Of a stretch of 64,000 bases of DNA, positions 42,042 through 50,927 are shown piece after piece. This DNA comes from Pseudomonadota bacterium (lineage in GTDB: Bacteria; Campylobacterota; Campylobacteria; Campylobacterales; Sulfurimonadaceae), in assembly GCA_043797085.1 (NCBI GenBank), contig JAZDQA010000014.1, positions 96,001 to 160,000 of the forward strand. The letters are read 5' to 3'. Made by a program: the position numbers and the translations under genes. The notes under the pieces are model-generated. The model was not told the DNA's origin, did not search any database, and saw only the letters and a program-made list of their open reading frames with translations. Numbering within the stretch: the stretch's first letter is position 1; each line of letters begins with the position of its first letter.

Positions 42042-43452
42042 ACCGTTTTTTCCAAGCTTTATGCATCTGTTCTATGTAGGTATACTTTTTTGCTTCGTTT
42101 TCACCTTCACCCACTACGTATCGAAACCCTGCATGTTGGATAAAATGGCGACGAAAGGCATAACGTGCAGAGTGCATTATCTCGTTGCCCGTAGATGCCC
42201 ACGAACCGCCTTTAATCATATTGTGCTTCCCGTCAAACGTAGGCTCGGAAAAATCATCATACCATGGATGCGTTTCAAATCCTTCAAACGCATCCATCTG
42301 TGTTTGCGTCCATTGCCATACATTTCCGACCACATCGTAAAGCTCTCCATGCGCAAACGTATCTACCGCAACGGAAGAAGCATAATGGGAAAAATTGATA
42401 TTGGCACGGCTATCATCGAAAATATCCTCACTCATTCCACCCTCTTCGACCATGACCGCCCATTCTACTTCACTGGGAAGACGATAATTTTGCCCCTCTT
42501 GGGCACTTTTCCACCGACAAAACGCTTCGGCTTCGAGAGCGTTCACCTCTACTGGCCAATTGTACGGCATATCAATCTCGCAGGCCAATGCACGGTATCT
42601 AAAACTGCCATCTGCTTGAGGAACCCAAAACGGTGGGCATGAAGCATTACGTATGCTTAAATATTTTAATCCTTCATCATCCCACCATCGTGAAATACCG
42701 TACCCGTTTGCCATGACAAAATCCATAAATTCGCCATTGCTGACCAAATAGTGTGATGCTTCAAACGCCTCTACACTGTACGCGCTATACCCATATTCGT
42801 TGTCCCAACCATACAAACCATGATCATCAGACCCTTTTCCAAGCCGTATATCTCTGGCTCCAAAATAGACTAAACTATTTTCAGGACAATCACCAAAAAC
42901 AGGACAAATCGGAAATCTTACATCTTCACAGATATACTCTAAAGGCATCTGCCGATGTAGGACACTGGAGGTTTCAATATGAATCCGCTCATGCTCAATT
43001 CCCATCCAAATTGCCCAAAACGAATCATTTTTAGTAATAGGCAACGTCATTGGTAAGCTCATAATCATCTCATCCACACACGAACGAACACGCATACGAT
43101 ATTCACGTACCTCATCAACACTTGGCCATCGTAAACTTTCACTGTTTGCATCCCAAACCATCTCATCCACACCAACGGCGAATAATGCTTCAAAATGGGG
43201 ATTTATTCTTTCACTTAAAGCACCCGAAGCGATCAGCTTATTAATATAAAAAATAGCCGTATGTCCAAAATAAAAGATCATCGGATGACGTGTGGGTTCC
43301 GATTGATGATAAAAGACTTCATCTGAGCGTAAAAGATCAAATAATGATTCAAAAAGATCAAAACTTTGATGAAAATATTGGCGCAACTGAGTGCGTGTAT
43401 TTTCTATATTTATTCCATCAAGTCGCACTGACTTTATTTGCTTGGCTATCAC
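42034..43452 (-). CDS. ovoA: 5-histidylcysteine sulfoxide synthase (OvoA-like), lacking the C-terminal methyltransferase
   Basis: RHPMIFYFGHT, EHERIHIETSSVL (HxxxHxE iron motif), YGWDNEYG, FGE-sulfatase motifs RLPSEVEW and GNVWQW, YDDFS, RYAFRRHF; only 472 aa. Confidence 0.85.
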   Translation of the reverse strand: MIAKQIKSVRLDGINIENTRTQLRQYFHQSFDLFESLFDLLRSDEVFYHQSEPTRHPMIFYFGHTAIFYINKLIASGALSERINPHFEALFAVGVDEMVWDANSESLRWPSVDEVREYRMRVRSCVDEMIMSLPMTLPITKNDSFWAIWMGIEHERIHIETSSVLHRQMPLEYICEDVRFPICPVFGDCPENSLVYFGARDIRLGKGSDDHGLYGWDNEYGYSAYSVEAFEASHYLVSNGEFMDFVMANGYGISRWWDDEGLKYLSIRNASCPPFWVPQADGSFRYRALACEIDMPYNWPVEVNALEAEAFCRWKSAQEGQNYRLPSEVEWAVMVEEGGMSEDIFDDSRANINFSHYASSVAVDTFAHGELYDVVGNVWQWTQTQMDAFEGFETHPWYDDFSEPTFDGKHNMIKGGSWASTGNEIMHSARYAFRRHFIQHAGFRYVVGEGENEAKKYTYIEQMHKAWKKRYG

Positions 43453-43609
43453 CCGCTAATCCTCTGTATTTACTAATTTATATATTTCACTATTGTACCT
43501 TAGTGACTCTTATAGGAAAAACTTGAAAAAAAATGAGACTAAATAATCAAAAAAATGATTATAATGACAATATCAAGATGATATAAAAAAACACCAATAG
43601 GAAATAAGA

Positions 43610-45520
43610 ATGGCATTTGAAAAAACGTTACAGGATATGAGTATTAAGAAGCGAATGAATTACCTCGTGGGAGCAGCCACGATGTCCGTTGTTGGAGCTT
43701 CAATATTCGTCTATTTTGCCCTTAGCAGTTTAGAAAGTCAATACGATGAGCTTCAAGAAAAAACCATATCAGGAGCTATGAACGCTCTGAAAATCGAAAA
43801 AGATCTCAACTACATCAGTCGCACCAGTCGAGATATTATGTTGGGAGGAGATTATGACAAAAATATCGATAAACTTAAAAAGCACATCGATAAAATCAAT
43901 ACCGTCTTCATTGAACTGGATAAAAGTGCAAGCGAACCTGCTGAGCAACAACTTATTACAGATGCCAAAGAGAGTACATCTGCTTTTTTAGACAACACAC
44001 TTACCATGATGAATTCCCTCGATGCTGCTACTATTTCGACCAATTCTTCTACTATTTATGCAACGTACAAAAAAGAATTAACTCCTTACGCGGATGCTTC
44101 AAGAGAAAAATTTGAAAAAGTAGTTGAACTCAAACAGGAAAAACTCAAAACTGCATCCCAAAGCCTTCATTCCCAAATTACCTTTTATAAATTTTTTGTC
44201 CTTATGACGGGGTTTGGCGTGGCGATTGTTATTTTCATTTTTGCCAGTATGATCAGCAGTTCTATCACCATCGCTATCCAAAAGTTTACACGAATTATTA
44301 CCAATATCTCCGAGGGAAATTTCGCTCAAACTTCCATCAAAGCATCTCAGGAAACAGAGATGGGAATCATGGGAAATGCGTTGGAACAGCTCATCAATCA
44401 GATTCAAAATCTTATCCATCAGATTAATGCCTCTATTTCGGGTGCGACCAAAGGAGACTTTTCACATACGCTCAATAGTGCCGGATTGCATGGGGAGTTT
44501 GTGGCTGCCATTGAAAACGTCAGTACCAGTATTGCAGTGATGCAAGCACAAGAGCAAAAGAAACGTCGAGACTCCCTAAATTCTGAATTAAGCCAACTCA
44601 ACGTAAAAGTGACAGAAAGTCTCAGTGTCATCCAAGAAAATCTAAACAGTAATATCCAAGATCTAAAAGAAGTCACAAGAGCAACAACGACAGCCGCCGT
44701 TTTGGCAAATGACAGTCGAGATACCATATCCATTATTATCAATGAACTCAATATGCTCAATGAAAAAGTAAGCAACAACAATGATGCCATCGGACATATC
44801 GCATCCCGTGCGAATGAAATCAACTCTGTCATTCAACTCATCACCGACATTGCCGACCAAACGAACCTTCTAGCTCTTAATGCTGCTATCGAAGCAGCAC
44901 GGGCTGGTGAACACGGTCGAGGATTTGCCGTAGTCGCGGATGAAGTACGCAAACTTGCAGAGCGAACCCATAAAGCAACAGGAGAAATTTCAATATCGAT
45001 CAACTCCCTCCAACAAAATATGTCTGAGATCCAAACCAGCGCCGAAGAGATGAATGAAGTAGTAGCGCGTTCCAGCTCAAGTATTATCAGTTTTGAAAAC
45101 ACCCTCATTCAGCTTAGTGATGGCTCATCCAATATTGTGACCTCCTCTCACAATATGGAAAACAGCTCGTTTATTATTTTGGCAAAAATTGACCATATTC
45201 TTTACAAAGCACGCGCATATAACAGCGTTATGGTCTGCGATCAAAAACTCACTCCCATGGATGCACACCAATGTCGTCTTGGAAAATGGTATGACGGTGA
45301 AGGAAAAGAGCGTTTTGGACAAATAGGGAGTTATGAACTGATAAAAGCACCTCATGCAGTTGTTCATCAAAATGCCAACAAAAATCTAACTTTTATTGCT
45401 AAAGGTGAAGATAATATTCTCAATAACAGCAGTGAAATTATTTCAAACTTTAAAGAGATGGAAAATGCGAGTGAAAAACTTTTTGTTCTTATGGACAATG
45501 TTCTTACTGAGAGTCGGTAA
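43610..45520 (+). CDS. Methyl-accepting chemotaxis protein with C-terminal CZB domain
   Basis: Two TMs, periplasmic helical domain, [44 protein letters not shown] ligands [21 protein letters not shown]. Confidence 0.93.
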   Translation: MAFEKTLQDMSIKKRMNYLVGAATMSVVGASIFVYFALSSLESQYDELQEKTISGAMNALKIEKDLNYISRTSRDIMLGGDYDKNIDKLKKHIDKINTVFIELDKSASEPAEQQLITDAKESTSAFLDNTLTMMNSLDAATISTNSSTIYATYKKELTPYADASREKFEKVVELKQEKLKTASQSLHSQITFYKFFVLMTGFGVAIVIFIFASMISSSITIAIQKFTRIITNISEGNFAQTSIKASQETEMGIMGNALEQLINQIQNLIHQINASISGATKGDFSHTLNSAGLHGEFVAAIENVSTSIAVMQAQEQKKRRDSLNSELSQLNVKVTESLSVIQENLNSNIQDLKEVTRATTTAAVLANDSRDTISIIINELNMLNEKVSNNNDAIGHIASRANEINSVIQLITDIADQTNLLALNAAIEAARAGEHGRGFAVVADEVRKLAERTHKATGEISISINSLQQNMSEIQTSAEEMNEVVARSSSSIISFENTLIQLSDGSSNIVTSSHNMENSSFIILAKIDHILYKARAYNSVMVCDQKLTPMDAHQCRLGKWYDGEGKERFGQIGSYELIKAPHAVVHQNANKNLTFIAKGEDNILNNSSEIISNFKEMENASEKLFVLMDNVLTESR

Positions 45521-45553
45521 AGTTTAAATGAGGAAAGGACAGCTGAGTGAAGA

Positions 45554-45609
45554 TTCCACATGGTCGGAGCGACCTGACTCGAACAGGCGACCTCTACCAC
45601 CCCAAGGTA
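45554..45609. repeat. att site copy (3' 49 nt of tRNA-Pro plus 7 nt flank)
   Basis: 56-bp perfect direct repeat of 50928-50983 (ttccacatggtcggagcg...ccccaaggta). Confidence 0.95.
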
Positions 45610-45753
45610 AAATTGTAGCCCTAAAACACGGGCTTTTCGAGCTTTAGTCACCCACAATTAGTAGATATTAGGTGATAGAAGGTGACGAATTAGGTGACAC
45701 AAAAAAAATAATTAACGCTTATGCTTTATTCTTTCAACTAAGTCCAATAATCG

Positions 45754-46704
45754 TCAAAGAATACCTATTGAACGTAGCTCAAGTTGTTGTATTTCCAATA
45801 GGTATTCTTTGCTACTATTGAGGATCCTTTTGGTATCTTGCCTAACGGTAAATTCAAACCTAGTCAGGTCATAGTCCAAATCATTCTTAGCCCTTTTGTC
45901 ATAGCAACATATAGTTCTATTGCTATTGGAATCACTTTTTTGGAAATAGACCGAGCGTTTAACATCCCCTTTTGGATAGAGCTTCAACTTATGCCCTTTT
46001 TTTCTTGTTTTATTGACTCTCCATAGATACGGTACGATGAGGTTTTTAATAGCTGTATCAAAATCTATAGACAAATCTACATGAAAGTCATAACCCATCA
46101 ATACAAGCTTATTTTCTTCTCTATCATTCGGTTCGTAATGGTGCAATATACGATTCAACAGTTCAAAGCGCACTGATCCTTTGTCATGGTCAAGCTGTGA
46201 CAGTCCATAAAGTTCTAAGCTGATATAGCTAGATCGTTGATAGTCTAAAATCCAATGCCTCACACCATCAAACTCTATAATCCAAGCACCATTCGTATAC
46301 ACAAAGCGTTCGAACATATCTTTTTTATTTCCGAAGGTTTTATAGAATTCTGCTAATACTTCCTTCTCATGTGAAAATGCCACCCCATCACTTTCTGTAG
46401 TAAATTTCACCTGATGAAGCGTTGCACCAACAGCATCACACATAGCTTTTAAATTCATATGATTGCAACTGTAACACTTTCTAACCTTTGGAAAACCTAT
46501 TCGTAAGGTATCGAAGCCACTAGATAAAATAGTATAATTAAACCTCCACCCACTTTTACTCTTTGTAAGCTGTCCACGAAAAGTTTTTTGTAGTATCTTA
46601 GGCATGATTTTATCAGCCAATCGAATTAATGCAGGGCTTAATTCTTTCAATTTATCATCCTTTTTTGTTTCTAAAGTCACCTGCAAGAGGCTCTCTATGA
46701 GCAT
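45754..46704 (-). CDS. Putative Rep_trans-family rolling-circle initiator/relaxase
   Basis: Ordered motifs GYDFHVD (cf. RxDxAxD), SVYFQ (TxYxG), ICCYDK (catalytic Tyr), TRFEF (RxE). Confidence 0.6.
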   Translation of the reverse strand: MLIESLLQVTLETKKDDKLKELSPALIRLADKIMPKILQKTFRGQLTKSKSGWRFNYTILSSGFDTLRIGFPKVRKCYSCNHMNLKAMCDAVGATLHQVKFTTESDGVAFSHEKEVLAEFYKTFGNKKDMFERFVYTNGAWIIEFDGVRHWILDYQRSSYISLELYGLSQLDHDKGSVRFELLNRILHHYEPNDREENKLVLMGYDFHVDLSIDFDTAIKNLIVPYLWRVNKTRKKGHKLKLYPKGDVKRSVYFQKSDSNSNRTICCYDKRAKNDLDYDLTRFEFTVRQDTKRILNSSKEYLLEIQQLELRSIGIL

Positions 46705-46782
46705 TTCAGCATCGTCAAATATTATATAAGACTTTTGAACGTTCGTGTCTTACAAATACCTTAAAATGCTTTATACAAGGTA

Positions 46783-47340
46783 TTATGCACCATTTGAAGC
46801 AGGTAAGTGTCTATACAGTGTTGGCACAGAGATGCCAAGGCTCTTGGCAACGTCTTTAGGCGGTGTTCCAGCTTCTAATAGCTTTTTAGCAGATTCGATT
46901 TTAGTATCAGTCATTAATCTTTTTCGCCCACCTGTACGCCCAAGGCTTTTAGCAACTTCAAGTCCTGCTCTAGTTCGCTCTACAATTAGCTCTCTTTCCA
47001 TCTGAGCTAAAGCACTCATCACATTAAAAAAGAAACGTCCTGAAACTGTAGAGGTATCAATAGAATCCGTAAGACTCTTAAAATTAATTCCTTGTATGCC
47101 AAAGTCATCAATTAGGTTGATGAGGTCTTTAGTACTTCTTCCTAGCCTATCCAACTTCCAGACTACAAGCGTATCACCTTTACGTAGCATCTCAATGGCT
47201 TTTGTCAATCCCTCTCTGACTGTTCTAGTCCCACTAGCTTTATCTTCAAAGATTCTCTCACAACCTGCATTTGTTAAAGCTTCTAACTGCAACGTAAGGT
47301 TTTGATCTTGGGTAGAAACACGAGCGTAACCAATTAACAT
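46783..47340 (-). CDS. Serine recombinase (resolvase/invertase family)
   Basis: IGYARVSTQDQ, LVVWKLDRLGRS, MERELIVERTRAG, GGR, C-terminal HTH GISVPTLYR. Confidence 0.95.
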   Translation of the reverse strand: MLIGYARVSTQDQNLTLQLEALTNAGCERIFEDKASGTRTVREGLTKAIEMLRKGDTLVVWKLDRLGRSTKDLINLIDDFGIQGINFKSLTDSIDTSTVSGRFFFNVMSALAQMERELIVERTRAGLEVAKSLGRTGGRKRLMTDTKIESAKKLLEAGTPPKDVAKSLGISVPTLYRHLPASNGA

Positions 47341-47354
47341 CTTAGCTCCTTTGT

Positions 47355-47490
47355 ATTCTCAAATCTCATCTTTATTATAGCAATTGATAACTTAATATTG
47401 AGAAAGGTTTATAAGAATAGATAAAGCCCTGTTTTACCTGAATAATTCTTTTGAGAATATCATTCTTACAATCGGTGGTTTATGAGAATA
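47355..47490. promoter_or_regulatory. res-like site upstream of the resolvase
   Basis: Six TTCTCA/TGAGAA-like half sites; 28-bp imperfect inverted repeat attcttac...atgagaat at 47462-47489. Confidence 0.55.
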
Positions 47491-47574
47491 AATAGTCCAC
47501 CGTGTGCCGATATATTAAAGATTTCTTTGGTATTTTTTTGTGGAGGTGGAGGTTATTAGGTTGGAAGGTTATCC

Positions 47575-47595
47575 TTCGGCTTTAGGGTAGCCGAA
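47575..47595 (-). other. Candidate double-strand origin/nick hairpin
   Basis: Minus strand TTCGGCT-ACCCTAA-AGCCGAA, similar to the pT181 nick hairpin CCGGCTACTCT/AATAGCCGG. Confidence 0.6.
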
Positions 47596-47623
47596 AAACT
47601 CCTGTGGAGATTATAAAACTATT

Positions 47624-48259
47624 TTATTTAAGAAGAGACAAAATTTCTCGCTCAAGCTTCCCAGTTGACACACACTCTACTACAGATCCAGTTTGTGGGA
47701 AAGATGCACTAGCAGATGAATTAAATGATATACTAGCGACACTAGTGTTTGAGATACCATTTCCAATAGTTAGAGAAGTAACTTTTTTTGCCACTATATA
47801 ACGGGTATTTGCAGTTACTCGTGTCTGATTTGGAGAAATTTCTTCAAAAATCAAATTCATTCTTCCCTCAAGAGACATATTCCGTTGAATATGGAAAAGT
47901 TGCCCTCCGGTCATCATTTCATAAAACATGTGCTCTTTCGAGGCAGGGAAATCATACGTACGTTCTCCAGCACCATTTTTGACATATGAAGTAAGACGAC
48001 CACAATCTATGTAGCTTTCTGGGTCACCCGTGTAGCTTATATTGATCAATCCAGATGATTTATCAAGATTATTGATAACAAAAAATTGTTTTCCAAGCTC
48101 TGGAACAGCTGAGTTCCAAACTAGTTCACGTGATTTATCAATTATTTTTTGGTTTGATATCCCATTTTGTTTTATTGGAGGCGTATAATCCACCTTTCCT
48201 ACGCATCCTGACAAAAGCAAAGCCCCTAAAATACATAACACTAATGAGTAGACTTTCAT
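47624..48259 (-). CDS. Hypothetical lipoprotein (element cargo)
   Basis: Lipobox LLLSGC, GGAG RBS, internal YIDCG and ECVSTGKLE. Confidence 0.8.
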   Translation of the reverse strand: MKVYSLVLCILGALLLSGCVGKVDYTPPIKQNGISNQKIIDKSRELVWNSAVPELGKQFFVINNLDKSSGLINISYTGDPESYIDCGRLTSYVKNGAGERTYDFPASKEHMFYEMMTGGQLFHIQRNMSLEGRMNLIFEEISPNQTRVTANTRYIVAKKVTSLTIGNGISNTSVASISFNSSASASFPQTGSVVECVSTGKLEREILSLLK

Positions 48260-48267
48260 TGTAACTC

Positions 48268-48855
48268 CTAAAATTTAAATGTCAAACCGACTTGAGTAGA
48301 CATACCGCCACCATTGCCGATGAGATCATTTGTAGAATATCCAGCTATGCCACCATGCCATGAGCATGTCCCTGAGCCTGTACTTTCTGAGGTTGTACCA
48401 TCATTACATACGGTATAAAGCTGATCGTCAGTTAAATCAAAAAAATATTTATAACCCACACCGGCATTTAAAGCAAGCTTATCGGTAAAACTATAAGTAA
48501 GTATCATACCAACTGGAATAGATAACATCGTATTTTTATTTGAATACCACGGCACATCTAACTGACCAACACCAACTCCAAGGTCATAACCAATCCGTAG
48601 GTTTCCTTGATGAACAATATCCCCATTCAATCCAATAGTAACATCGTAGTAATTAATATCATTTTTACTATCACTTTGAACATTTCCCTCGATATAAAAA
48701 CGAGCCACATTGTCCCATGAATACCCAACTGTTCCACCGCTCATTTCAACATCAATAGCTTTGAAATTAACATTTTGAGAGGAATAATCAACATATAATT
48801 CTGAAGCCGATAAATTTAATCCTACTACTAGCAAGAGACTAGGCAAAAATTTCAT
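48268..48855 (-). CDS. Small outer-membrane beta-barrel protein with DUF3761-like Cys loop (element cargo)
   Basis: Signal peptide, amphipathic strands, C-terminal VGLTFKF beta-signal, insert CNDGTTSESTGSGTCSWHGG; start trimmed to MKFL with AGGAGG RBS. Confidence 0.75.
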   Translation of the reverse strand: MKFLPSLLLVVGLNLSASELYVDYSSQNVNFKAIDVEMSGGTVGYSWDNVARFYIEGNVQSDSKNDINYYDVTIGLNGDIVHQGNLRIGYDLGVGVGQLDVPWYSNKNTMLSIPVGMILTYSFTDKLALNAGVGYKYFFDLTDDQLYTVCNDGTTSESTGSGTCSWHGGIAGYSTNDLIGNGGGMSTQVGLTFKF

Positions 48856-48879
48856 ATTCCTCCTTTTTAGTTGCAAATA

Positions 48880-48954
48880 GGTAAATAATACCTTCTGTAA
48901 TTTTATGATAGGGCAATATTCCCTTATTAAAACTTAAAATAGGTAATTCTTACC
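48880..48954. promoter_or_regulatory. Three phased 13-bp palindromic operator-like sites
   Basis: GGTAAATAATACC (48880), GGGCAATATTCCC (48911), GGTAATTCTTACC (48942); each preceded by ATA; exact 31-bp period. Confidence 0.65.
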
Positions 48955-49012
48955 CTGTTGTTTCGTTATAAGATGTTATGTAACTTTCTACCACTTAAAA
49001 AAAGAGGTAGTT

Positions 49013-49192
49013 ATGACTCAACGAGATATGGCGGGTATTTTGGGCATAGATGTTAAGACCCTCAGAAACTGGCGCAAGGATAAGCCTGAGCTTTACAAAA
49101 AAGTTATGCAGGGCTTCCAGTTTGAAGAAGCCGTCAAAGAAGCTAAAGAGCATTATGAGAAGTTGAAGAGGCTTGCAGACAAAGACTTTTAA
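49013..49192 (+). CDS. 59-aa HTH DNA-binding protein (not in ORF track)
   Basis: Manual translation MTQRDMAGILGIDVKTLRNWRKDKPELYKKVMQGFQFEEAVKEAKEHYEKLKRLADKDF; GAGG RBS. Confidence 0.8.
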   Translation: MTQRDMAGILGIDVKTLRNWRKDKPELYKKVMQGFQFEEAVKEAKEHYEKLKRLADKDF

Positions 49193-49428
49193 AACATAGC
49201 CAAATCATCTACCATAATTTACCTTAATCAAACATTAAGCATATTTACGCTATAATGTACCCATCCTACATGATATAGTGTCGTGTTATTGCTAATCAGG
49301 CAATACCCACTTGCAACATAGACTTCTCTCTTGGATAGACTTTGTTCTCTAGAAACAAATATCCAAACATATAAAATTAATAGCAAAACTGTTTTCACGT
49401 GAGGTACTTTATTTTAAAGGACTTCTTA

Positions 49429-49668
49429 ATGTCTAAAACACAACAACGATATGTTCGAACCAATACTGCTGCACACTATTTAGATGTGAGCAAGGACTTT
49501 CTCAAACAGCACATGGGAAATCTATTTTTTGAAGGTATTCATTACTATAAACCTCAAGATTGCCGACTAGTCTTATGGAAACTTGATGCACTTAATGAAT
49601 GGGTCGAAGGCAGATTGTCTCCTCTGTCCCCTGAGAACAATTTAATACTTAATCAATTGATCGCTTAG
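49429..49668 (+). CDS. Excisionase/RDF-like small DNA-binding protein
   Basis: YVRTNTAAHYLDVS, FFEGIHYYKP, LWKLDALNEW winged-HTH pattern directly upstream of the integrase; start trimmed to MSKT (AAGGA RBS). Confidence 0.7.
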   Translation: MSKTQQRYVRTNTAAHYLDVSKDFLKQHMGNLFFEGIHYYKPQDCRLVLWKLDALNEWVEGRLSPLSPENNLILNQLIA

Positions 49669-49736
49669 TTGCTATAATCACAATCTACTAATTGTGGTTG
49701 TGGCTTTTCTCTTATAAATGAAAAGGACATAACATT

Positions 49737-50900
49737 ATGAAAATAAATACTGTAAAAAGTATCGTAGGAAAAAACGGCAAGCTAGTCGTTAGGTTCTTTG
49801 ACAACGCAGGCAAGATCAAGCAAAAGACACTTAATCTAGCCGACACAAAAGCAAATAGAAAAAGCGTTTCACAAACGATTCCAGCATTTGAAAAAACTTT
49901 ACGAGATAAAGCTGAACAAGGTGCTAAATTACCAATTCATTTTGGCTATTACGCTGATAAGTATTTAGAACAACTTACAGCAACTGGTCATACAAAAACG
50001 ATTGCTCATACAGGTCGCATTAAAAAGATGTTAGAACATTTTGGATCACAAACAGATATAAATAACATCACTGAATTAGCTATTGAAGACTTTTTTCAAG
50101 GATTAAGGTGCAAACGTGAGACCAAACTCGATTGGCTTGTAGTCATGAGGGGTGTGTTTGATAAAGCACGTAAGGGAAGAGCTATAGAGAAAAATATTGC
50201 TGAATCGTATAAGTTGCCCTTAGAAGCTTCTATAAATGATGAAAGTGCGGTTGAGCCTTTTGCTCTCGATGAGGTAAAAAGATTACTCTTGCACTCTAAA
50301 GGAATGGTTCTTCACAATTACCTCGGTATTGCATTTCACTTAGGAACGCGTCCTGAAGAAACGATTGCACTAAAGATTGAAGATGTTGACCTTACAAGTG
50401 GAACAGTACAGATAGAGCGAGCCATTACGAAGGGAGTTATTAAGAGCCCTAAGACAAAGGCTTCAAAACGTTCGATACCATTGCCAGATCATGCTAGAGT
50501 ATTCTTTAGTGAACTGATAAAAAAAGCGAAAGAAAAAAGTAGTCTTTACTTGTTCAGTGATGCAAATGGAATACACCTCAATGATATAGAAGATTTGAGA
50601 GGTAAAAAGTATCGAGATGGTGCTTGGTATCAATTGCTAAAAAAAGCAGAAGTAACACCTCGTAAACTAATGCAAACACGTCATACATTTGCGGTAATGG
50701 CAATTCGTTCTCAAGAATACACAATGCAGGAAGTTGCATCTATTCTAGGTCACAGCTCTTTAGCTATGATTATTTCACACTATGGAAAGCATCTTGGAGC
50801 TTCTCACATGAAAGTTGCTAGGTCAGTTAATATTTTTAAAGATCAAGGTGACGTATTGGGTGACGCTGAAATAAAAGTTGAAATCAGAGAAGTTGCTTAG
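49737..50900 (+). CDS. Tyrosine recombinase/integrase
   Basis: GTRPEE (R), KSPKT (K), MQTRHTFA (xxxR), LGHSS (H), HYG (Y); adjacent to att/tRNA. Confidence 0.93.
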   Translation: MKINTVKSIVGKNGKLVVRFFDNAGKIKQKTLNLADTKANRKSVSQTIPAFEKTLRDKAEQGAKLPIHFGYYADKYLEQLTATGHTKTIAHTGRIKKMLEHFGSQTDINNITELAIEDFFQGLRCKRETKLDWLVVMRGVFDKARKGRAIEKNIAESYKLPLEASINDESAVEPFALDEVKRLLLHSKGMVLHNYLGIAFHLGTRPEETIALKIEDVDLTSGTVQIERAITKGVIKSPKTKASKRSIPLPDHARVFFSELIKKAKEKSSLYLFSDANGIHLNDIEDLRGKKYRDGAWYQLLKKAEVTPRKLMQTRHTFAVMAIRSQEYTMQEVASILGHSSLAMIISHYGKHLGASHMKVARSVNIFKDQGDVLGDAEIKVEIREVA

Positions 50901-50927
50901 AAGATAATAAAGCCCTATTTATAGGGT

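Noticed and set aside
41965..42642. 225-aa plus-strand ORF
   Set aside because: Antisense to ovoA, with no recognisable features
42034..43452. Ergothioneine EgtB or selenium-pathway assignment
   Set aside because: Motifs RHPxIFYxGHT, IHIETSSVL and YAFRRHF are OvoA-type; no egtD, selD or senB-like neighbours in the window
45561..45609. Second tRNA-Pro-like sequence
   Set aside because: Only the 3' 49 nt are present, with no 5' acceptor strand or D-arm; it is the att duplication, not a gene
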